A stretch of 64,000 nt of DNA from Bacteroides sp. (lineage in GTDB: Bacteria; Bacteroidota; Bacteroidia; Bacteroidales; Muribaculaceae). Within the stretch, counting starts at the first letter, position 1; each line of letters opens with the position of its first letter. The position numbers were made by a program, and so were the translations under genes. The stretch is taken from NCBI GenBank assembly GCA_014801535.1, contig JAAVEA010000006.1, forward strand, positions 51,433-115,432, written 5' to 3'. Below are positions 50,725 through 57,659 of the stretch, piece by piece. The notes below the pieces were generated by a model, which saw nothing but the letters and a program-made list of their open reading frames with translations, was not told the origin of the DNA and searched no databases.

Positions 50725-52032
50725 ATGAGACGACTAAAACTGATAATGATCCTGGCTTTAAGTGTGAATGCAATAGCGATTGCTGTTGCCTCATATAATC
50801 TTATTGCCCTTTATCGATATGAGAAGGAGCAGACATTGGCCAAAGTGAGGAAATGTGCTGAAAATGCCATTATCCTTGAGATGATTGGCAGAATGCAAAG
50901 AAGTGAGGAGGATCAATCGTTTATAAGGCTGAATACATTTGTCGAAACTATTCAGCAGAAAGATGGGATATCAGCCGATTCGGATACATTGAAAATTTCT
51001 CTTGCCAGTATTTTATCTCTCGGTCTTGAATTTAAGGATGTAAGGGCTGCCCCGGATACAGCAGCGCTTGACAGCATATTTTTATCGGAAATTCATCGGA
51101 ACGGGTTAAATGCGGATAGGGCATACTTAAGGAAAACCGGGTCTGCCTTTTCTGCCGATAATGATCTATGGAAAACCTATTACCGCATTAGCCCATCCTC
51201 ACGTAGAGAATATGAGGCGTATGTTTCGCCCATGTATCGGGAGGTGCTTACCCACTTATGGGGGATTGTGGTGCCTTTTGTGGTGTTAGTCTTGGTATTC
51301 TGCTTTCTTTCAATTTATCTTACCGGCATCATTAGAAAGTTGCGGACACTTGAGCAGATGAAGGATGATTTCACACATAATATGACTCACGAACTCAAGA
51401 CTCCGGTTGCAGTGGCTTATTCGGCGGCCGACTCTATGTTGCGATATTATGATCAGAGTGATGAAGCGAGAAACAAGCAATTCCTGAAGATTATAATGCA
51501 GAGATTGAGTTTCTTGTCGGGCATGATTGAAAATATACTTTCGATGAGCATGGAGAGATTCAAGTCGATGGAACTTGAATTGACTAGGTTTGAATTAAAG
51601 CCGATGATGGAGGAGGTGACTGAGATGATTAAGCTTAAGGCCGACAAGCCGGTGAAGATTGAGATTGATAGTCCTGATGGCTTAGCCATTACTGCAGATC
51701 CCTTGCATTTTGGGAACGTGCTGACTAACCTTCTTGACAACGCTGTGAAATACTCGGGAGATTCGGTAGAAATAACCATAAAAGCGGATTCGGATTCCAT
51801 CACGGTTGCCGATAACGGGATAGGTATAAAGAAGGAGAATTTACCTTTTATATTCGATAAATTTTATCGTATTTCTTCGGGCGACCGCTATGAAACAAGC
51901 GGATATGGGTTGGGATTATTTTACGTGAAGCAGATTATTGAGTTGCATGGTTGGAATATAGAAGTGACTTCCAAACCCGGAGTGGGGACAAAGTTCAGAA
52001 TAAGGATGAATAATGAGGATGAAGAAAGATAA
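50725..52032 (+). CDS. Sensor histidine kinase
   Basis: Two TM helices, THELKTP H-box, NLLDNAVKY, DNGIG, GYGLGL. Confidence 0.93.
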   Translation: MRRLKLIMILALSVNAIAIAVASYNLIALYRYEKEQTLAKVRKCAENAIILEMIGRMQRSEEDQSFIRLNTFVETIQQKDGISADSDTLKISLASILSLGLEFKDVRAAPDTAALDSIFLSEIHRNGLNADRAYLRKTGSAFSADNDLWKTYYRISPSSRREYEAYVSPMYREVLTHLWGIVVPFVVLVLVFCFLSIYLTGIIRKLRTLEQMKDDFTHNMTHELKTPVAVAYSAADSMLRYYDQSDEARNKQFLKIIMQRLSFLSGMIENILSMSMERFKSMELELTRFELKPMMEEVTEMIKLKADKPVKIEIDSPDGLAITADPLHFGNVLTNLLDNAVKYSGDSVEITIKADSDSITVADNGIGIKKENLPFIFDKFYRISSGDRYETSGYGLGLFYVKQIIELHGWNIEVTSKPGVGTKFRIRMNNEDEER

Positions 52033-52705
52033 AATACTTTTGGTGGAAGATGATTCCACGTTATCATTTATAATTCAAGATGCCCTTGTCAGGGAGGGTT
52101 TTGAAGTTGTTTGTGCGTATAACGGCGACACGGGGATAGAGATTTTTAATAAAGAGAATCCTGATCTCGTGATCGCTGATGTTATGATGCCTAAGCGAGA
52201 TGGGTTTGAGATGGTGAAAATTATCCGGATGAATAATCCTGCCGTGCCTGTGCTATTCCTTACTGCAAGAACGGCAATTGAAGATGTGGTGAAAGGTTTT
52301 GAACTTGGAGCGAATGATTATTTGAGGAAGCCTTTTCAGATTTTGGAGCTTTTGGTAAGGATAAAGGCATTGCTTAAAAGAAGAAATTTAGAATCACCGG
52401 AAGAGACGAAGATAGAAATAGGGGATTGTTCTCTGGATTTTGCTTCGCAGCGTTTAAGCGTATGTGATGAAACGATTGAGCTGTCGCATACAGAGGCTGT
52501 TATTCTTGATGAGCTTTTCCGGCATCCAAACGAAGTGGTTGAAGCCAAGACCCTGATGTATCGAATCTGGAATAATGACGATTATAACAATCTCAACCGC
52601 TTGCATGGGTTTATCTATAAGCTTCGTAAATATCTTGCACAATCTTCCTCTCTTGAGCTTCTAAATGTGAGAGGTGTAGGGTATAAGTTGGCAAAGAGAA
52701 GATAA
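52013..52705 (+). CDS. OmpR-family response regulator
   Basis: LLVEDD, DVMMP, FLTA, DYLRKPF, NVRGVGY. Confidence 0.93.
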   Translation: MRMKKDKILLVEDDSTLSFIIQDALVREGFEVVCAYNGDTGIEIFNKENPDLVIADVMMPKRDGFEMVKIIRMNNPAVPVLFLTARTAIEDVVKGFELGANDYLRKPFQILELLVRIKALLKRRNLESPEETKIEIGDCSLDFASQRLSVCDETIELSHTEAVILDELFRHPNEVVEAKTLMYRIWNNDDYNNLNRLHGFIYKLRKYLAQSSSLELLNVRGVGYKLAKRR

Positions 52706-52732
52706 AGATAGAATATCAGGAAACTCGATAGC

Positions 52733-53245
52733 TTATTCTAATTCCATCATATCAAAAAACATTAATCGGGTGTGATCGTTTTCTATTTTTTCTGAAAGTA
52801 ACTTAAAATCATTCTTTTTGTAAAAATCGATTGCAGACATATATGCATCAACTGTTATATATCGAAAGGCTGAGTAATTTGGATTCTCGTTAAGCATCCC
52901 TTTAAGAAGATTCATTAGATCGGTTCCAATATGCTGTCCCTTGTATTTTGAAGAGACAGCAAACCTTCCAATCTTAATTGCAGGATAACTGCCGAAGTGT
53001 TTTCGTTCAGGAAAACTTCCTTTTATTCGTTTCCATTGGCTATTAGTGACATCTTGTCGGCTTATTTTATCATTCAATAGACAAAAATACGCAACAATAT
53101 TGCCTTCATCTTCCAGAATGAAGGTATTGGCTATTCTTTTTTCAAGAAAACCTTTGGCATCATCAATTAGGAAACTGTTTAAATCATCATCCTGACAGTC
53201 AAAATCGATTAATTCAGTAGATGGAGTTAATTTAACAAGCTTCAT
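52733..53245 (-). CDS. GNAT acetyltransferase, toxin-like (AtaT/TacT type)
   Basis: FDCQDDDLNSFL, PAIKIGRFAV...KGQHIG, ITVDAY..AIDFYKKNDF. Confidence 0.8.
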   Translation of the reverse strand: MKLVKLTPSTELIDFDCQDDDLNSFLIDDAKGFLEKRIANTFILEDEGNIVAYFCLLNDKISRQDVTNSQWKRIKGSFPERKHFGSYPAIKIGRFAVSSKYKGQHIGTDLMNLLKGMLNENPNYSAFRYITVDAYMSAIDFYKKNDFKLLSEKIENDHTRLMFFDMMELE

Positions 53246-53251
53246 AAATAT

Positions 53252-53422
53252 TTATATGCAAATTGTGATGTACTCCTTAGCTTTCTTGATTGCTTCGTTA
53301 AGTTTTTTAGTATTTTCAGCCCGTTGTTCTTTACTTAGGCTTTCAACTTCTAATCTCAACCTCTCAAAGCGGAGAGCATCTTCGCCCTTTAAAACCGGAG
53401 TTTCTGCTATTGGTCTTGCCAT
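53252..53422 (-). CDS. Short putative antitoxin (56 aa)
   Basis: MARPIAETPVLKGEDALRF; 6 nt upstream of the GNAT gene; own TACCTTTG promoter at 53450-53457. Confidence 0.6.
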   Translation of the reverse strand: MARPIAETPVLKGEDALRFERLRLEVESLSKEQRAENTKKLNEAIKKAKEYITICI

Positions 53423-53515
53423 CTTATTATTTGTCTTGGATTTAATATACAAAGGTATAACAAATTAATAAAACTTTTGCATTAAAATTAAATGAATTTC
53501 TAAATTAATTTTGAT

Positions 53516-53932
53516 TTATCCTAATTCTCCCTGTATAACCTCGTCGTTTTCATTTGGAAAGATGCGTGGGGAATCAGTAAGCTCCGGCATTTCTCCTTCG
53601 TAAATAGAATCTTCCTCCTGAAGAAGCATTGAGGAATCGCTGATCACTTCTCCCATAAAATCTTCGTCTCCGTTATCTTTTGAAGCGCTGCCGCTGCATC
53701 CGGTCATAATCATAGCAGCTGAAATGCCGGCAAGCACCACAGCCTTTCCTACGCTTGAACGACGGCGAAGTTCTTCCTCAAGATAACGTACCTCTGCCTC
53801 GCATTTAGGGCACGTTCCGAGACAGTCGCCTTTGAAGCGACACTCGGATGTGGCAAACTCTATGCCGTTCGCTTCTGCAATTTGACGGCGTATCTCCTTC
53901 AATATTTTGCAAGTCTGTCTTCCTCGAGCCAT
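53516..53932 (-). CDS. Cys-rich-leader protein with internal lipoprotein signal and acidic tail carrying three GE motifs
   Basis: C8, C31, C37, C41, C44; RRR..hydrophobic..MTGC79; FMGEV, YEGEM, IQGEL. Confidence 0.8.
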   Translation of the reverse strand: MARGRQTCKILKEIRRQIAEANGIEFATSECRFKGDCLGTCPKCEAEVRYLEEELRRRSSVGKAVVLAGISAAMIMTGCSGSASKDNGDEDFMGEVISDSSMLLQEEDSIYEGEMPELTDSPRIFPNENDEVIQGELG

Positions 53933-53934
53933 TT

Positions 53935-54840
53935 TTATTCAATATTTTTTTGATGATCTTTCAATTTCCACCTTATCGGGAGAATCAACATTGTATTAAT
54001 CGGTTCCCCATTCCGAGTTCCGGGTGAGAATTTTGGAAGCAGACCCACAACACGCAATGCCTCTTCATCGAATGAGGGTGCAAGTCCTTTTACAACCTTA
54101 GGATTGCATACATTCCCTTCCTCATCAACTTCAAACCGCACAATCACACGACCTTCGACACCTTCGACACATCCGATTGAATCGGGATATTTGAGGTTCT
54201 GTCTGATAAAATCCATCAATGCCTTGTTACCGCCGGGAAATTCTGCCTGTTGTTCAACGATTTCTCCAAATATTGCTTCAGCAGGGGAGAGTGTGATTGA
54301 AACATCCTTCATTTCTTTAGTCACGATGATGTTTTCTGTTTTATAGCCAACATAGCCGATCTCAAGAGTATCACCGACGCACGCTTTTATATTGAAGTTC
54401 CCTTCTAAATCGGTGGCAGTAATTATGCCGTTGGCTTTATTGTTAACCGTGGCCCCGATAAGAGGTTCGGCCAATATTTCACCTTTCTCATTTCCAACGC
54501 TGTCAGCTACGATTCCTTTAATAGTAATCGTATCGCAGGCACAATGGTTCGGCACAGATAATTCCTGTTTATTATACGGTTTTTCGGCATTAACAGTAGT
54601 AGGTATAATCATGGCAAGCAACCCGGCTGAAATTCCCGCAAGTTTTATAGCGTTCCCTTTTTGTTTGTGGGAACGTAACATTTCTTCTAAGTACCGCACC
54701 TCTGCCTCGCATTTAGGGCATGTTCCGAGACAATCGCCTTTGAAGCGACATTCGGAAGTGGCAAACTCTATGCCGTTCGCTTCTGCAATTTGACGGCGTA
54801 TCTCCTTCAATATTTTACAGGTATCTTTTCCTCGTGCCAT
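53935..54840 (-). CDS. Cys-rich-leader protein with internal signal, carboxypeptidase-regulatory-like domain and TonB C-terminal domain
   Basis: Same 53-aa leader; EPLIGATV..TDLEGNF..YVGYKT; EFPGG..NLKYP..GRVIVRFEVDEEG..EALRVV. Confidence 0.85.
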   Translation of the reverse strand: MARGKDTCKILKEIRRQIAEANGIEFATSECRFKGDCLGTCPKCEAEVRYLEEMLRSHKQKGNAIKLAGISAGLLAMIIPTTVNAEKPYNKQELSVPNHCACDTITIKGIVADSVGNEKGEILAEPLIGATVNNKANGIITATDLEGNFNIKACVGDTLEIGYVGYKTENIIVTKEMKDVSITLSPAEAIFGEIVEQQAEFPGGNKALMDFIRQNLKYPDSIGCVEGVEGRVIVRFEVDEEGNVCNPKVVKGLAPSFDEEALRVVGLLPKFSPGTRNGEPINTMLILPIRWKLKDHQKNIE

Positions 54841-54842
54841 AA

Positions 54843-55466
54843 TCAGTGTGTGCGTTTTTGATAAGTGAATAAATCAAACCGTTTGAAATCAAGCGATTCA
54901 AGAAAGTTCCTGCTCCTCATCCGGTCATCATCAGTATTAAAGTCAGGAATGAGTGGAAGGCGTATTATGCAATCCTGTTCTCTTTTCTCTCGGGCGATAT
55001 ATCTAAGGTTTTCTATTACAAGCTCATTGCTTTTCCCGGTATATTGCCGATATATCTCCCGATTCATATCCTTCACATCAATGATAAGGGAATCTATTAC
55101 CGGAAGTAGGTGTTTTACATTTTCTACCGGAACGTTAAGGGAAGTTTCCAGATTAAGATGCCATTCCGGCCCGCAAATTATTCGAAACTCCGTAATGAAA
55201 TTAGCGTATAAAGCTGGTTCCCCTCCTCCGAATGTTATTCCTCCGTTAGTTGCAAGAAAATAAAGCTCATCAATTCGGGTCTCTTCATATAGTTCCTTCG
55301 GTGAATACTCCTTAAATCGGTTTGACTTCACCAATGATTGCGGGTTGAGACAGTAAAGGCAGTTTAACGGACATCCATGGAATGCCACAAGAGTAGTCAC
55401 ACCGTCACCATCTGTCGAGAGACGGTGACGTGCTATACCAATTATATTAGCGCGTGGATTATCCAT
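54843..55466 (-). CDS. Radical SAM enzyme, PFL-activating-enzyme-like (207 aa)
   Basis: DGDGVTT, FHGCPLNCLYCLNP (CX3CX2C), GGITFGGGEP, LETS, IDVK, IRLPLIP.FN; TATATTTG promoter at 55487-55494. Confidence 0.88.
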   Translation of the reverse strand: MDNPRANIIGIARHRLSTDGDGVTTLVAFHGCPLNCLYCLNPQSLVKSNRFKEYSPKELYEETRIDELYFLATNGGITFGGGEPALYANFITEFRIICGPEWHLNLETSLNVPVENVKHLLPVIDSLIIDVKDMNREIYRQYTGKSNELVIENLRYIAREKREQDCIIRLPLIPDFNTDDDRMRSRNFLESLDFKRFDLFTYQKRTH

Positions 55467-55531
55467 AAGAAGAGTTATCTGTTTGGCAAATATATAAAGA
55501 ATAATTGACTTTATATGTGACAAATGGCACA

Positions 55532-55567
55532 AATTAGGCGGACGCACTAAGATGCATCCGCCTAATT
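55532..55567. terminator. Hairpin downstream of tnaA
   Basis: AATTAGGCGGA...TCCGCCTAATT. Confidence 0.6.
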
Positions 55568-55589
55568 CATGGTTATTTTTATTATCTTC

Positions 55590-55613
55590 GTACGCACCTT
55601 GGTGCGTACCTGC
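55590..55613 (-). repeat. REP-like short palindrome, copy 4
   Basis: GCAGGTACGCACCAAGGTGCGTAC on - strand. Confidence 0.55.
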
Positions 55614-55648
55614 AATGATTCTCTGGATTTATTAATTTATCGGAAGTG

Positions 55649-57025
55649 TTATTCAACCGGGGCGAGTTTTACGGTGAAATGACGCATAAGTTCAGCTTCC
55701 CATACGATCTTTACGCCGTGAACAATCTGATTCCTACGATCGTAGACGTTCTTCAAAGCCGCAGCGATGACTTTCATATGGTTGTCGGTATAAGTGCGTC
55801 GAGGAATAGCAAGTCGCACGAAGTCGAGGCCGCCGAAACGGTTTTCGCGGGTTACGGGATCGCGGTCGGCAAGAATATAGCCGATCTCGCAACCTCTAAT
55901 GCCGGCTTCCTTATATAGCTCAACAGTAAGAGTCTGTGCCGGGAATTCCTCTTTGGGCACTTTTGTGAGAACAAGACTTGCATCGATAAATATTGCGTGT
56001 CCGCCAGCGGGACGCTGATAGGGGATACCATATTCATCAAGAAGAGATGCGAGATATTCAACCTGATGGATACGGGTCTGAAGCACGTCGAATTCTGTAT
56101 TCTCGTCAAGACCTACTGCCAATGCAGCCATATCGCGTCCGTTCATACCTCCATATGTGAGATAGCCTTCGAAAGGGATGACGAAACTCTTGGCTGCTTC
56201 ATACCAGTCTTCCCAACGGGTTGCGATAAAGCCTCCCATGTTTACAAGTCCGTCTTTCTTGGCCGACATTGTCATGCCATCGGCAAGAGCAAACATTTCA
56301 AGGCAAATCTCCTTTATGGTACGGTTTTCGTAACCTTTCTCCCTTGTCTTGATGAAATATGCGTTTTCGGCAAATCGGGCGGAATCGAAGATTATCCGTT
56401 TCCCGAATTTATCGGCAACCTTTCTTACCTCGCGTAGATTCTCCATAGAAACCGGTTGTCCGCCGGCAGTATTATTGGTGATGGTCACGATGATAAAAGG
56501 CACTTTATCACCGTGCTCTTCAAGAACTTTCTCAAGTTTCTTAGGATCAACATTCCCTTTGAAAGGAGCCTCAAGCTGAGTGTCTTTAGCTTCATCTACA
56601 GTGCAGTCAACGGCAAAAGCTTTTCTTGCCTCGATGTGACCCTTGGTGGTATCGAAATGTGAATTGCCGGGAACGTAGCATCCTTCCTTCACTAATGCGG
56701 AGAAAAGCACGTTTTCAGCTGCACGTCCCTGATGGGTAGGAATCACATGGTCGAAACCGGTGATGCGTGTTATGGTGTCTTTAAGTTCAAAGAAAGAACG
56801 TGCGCCCGCATAGGATTCGTCTCCCATCATGAGAGCCGCCCATTGGCGATCGCTCATGGCTCCTGTGCCTGAGTCGGTCAGCAGGTCTATATAAACCTGA
56901 TCTGCCCGAAGTTGAAATACGTTGTAATGAGCTTCTTTCAACCATTGCTCCCTCTCTTCACGAGTGCTTTTGCGCAATGGTTCAACCATCTTGATTTTCC
57001 AAGATTCTGCAAATGGTAGTTCCAT
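55649..57025 (-). CDS. tnaA: Tryptophanase
   Basis: IDLLTDSGT, THQGRAAE, MSAKKD PLP lysine, RLAIPRR; C-terminal RHFT (tyrosine phenol-lyase has RFFT). Confidence 0.88.
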   Translation of the reverse strand: MELPFAESWKIKMVEPLRKSTREEREQWLKEAHYNVFQLRADQVYIDLLTDSGTGAMSDRQWAALMMGDESYAGARSFFELKDTITRITGFDHVIPTHQGRAAENVLFSALVKEGCYVPGNSHFDTTKGHIEARKAFAVDCTVDEAKDTQLEAPFKGNVDPKKLEKVLEEHGDKVPFIIVTITNNTAGGQPVSMENLREVRKVADKFGKRIIFDSARFAENAYFIKTREKGYENRTIKEICLEMFALADGMTMSAKKDGLVNMGGFIATRWEDWYEAAKSFVIPFEGYLTYGGMNGRDMAALAVGLDENTEFDVLQTRIHQVEYLASLLDEYGIPYQRPAGGHAIFIDASLVLTKVPKEEFPAQTLTVELYKEAGIRGCEIGYILADRDPVTRENRFGGLDFVRLAIPRRTYTDNHMKVIAAALKNVYDRRNQIVHGVKIVWEAELMRHFTVKLAPVE

Positions 57026-57268
57026 GGTATAGATTTATTTATTTTCTTACATCTTTTGCAAATGTAAGTAATTCTGCCCATATTTCAAATCTTTCATTGA
57101 ATATTTTTCGAATAAAAATATTCATTTCCTGAAGTTAAGAAAAAATAGTATCTTTGCAGGAATAATAGGATGTGGCTTGGCGGCCCGGATATGGTTAAGC
57201 CGTAAAAACAAAATTATTAATTACTGTTTTATGCTTGCATGGTCGCATCTTTAAAGTGACTGTAAACT

Positions 57269-57547
57269 ATGGATAATAAGAGATTCATTGAAATATTATC
57301 GGAACGTGTGGGGCTTGATAAGGGAGACACGTCGAAGGTGATCGGACAGCTCTGTGAAATTATATCTGAAACAGTGGTGCAGGAGGATTGTGTGATTGTT
57401 CCTTCGTTCGGAAATTTCGAGCCTAAGAAAAAATTGGAGCGGGTGGTGGTGCATCCCTCTTCCGGGAAAAAACTGCTTGTGCCGCCGCGTCTCACTTTGG
57501 GATTCAAACCCTCCACTCTTTTAAAGAATGAAATAAAAGGGATGTAA
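57269..57547 (+). CDS. HU/IHF-family DNA-binding protein
   Basis: FGNFE, ERVVVHPSSGKKLLVP, FKPS..LK. Confidence 0.88.
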   Translation: MDNKRFIEILSERVGLDKGDTSKVIGQLCEIISETVVQEDCVIVPSFGNFEPKKKLERVVVHPSSGKKLLVPPRLTLGFKPSTLLKNEIKGM

Positions 57548-57659
57548 TTCCCCGTCAGCAGTACTTACCGAACATTCATTAACCTCGAAGTTTTCTAAAC
57601 TAATTCTCAAATATCAATAAAATCAGTTTAGACAGCTTCATACGTAAAAGTCTTACTCT

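Noticed and set aside
53790-54840. Diversity-generating retroelement template/variable repeat reading of the 143-bp repeat
   Set aside because: No reverse transcriptase is present, mismatches are mostly synonymous and not adenine-specific, and both copies are N-terminal coding sequence.
55467-55547. Longer start for the radical SAM ORF
   Set aside because: The extension covers the promoter motif and an upstream hairpin; the ATG at 55466 fits better.
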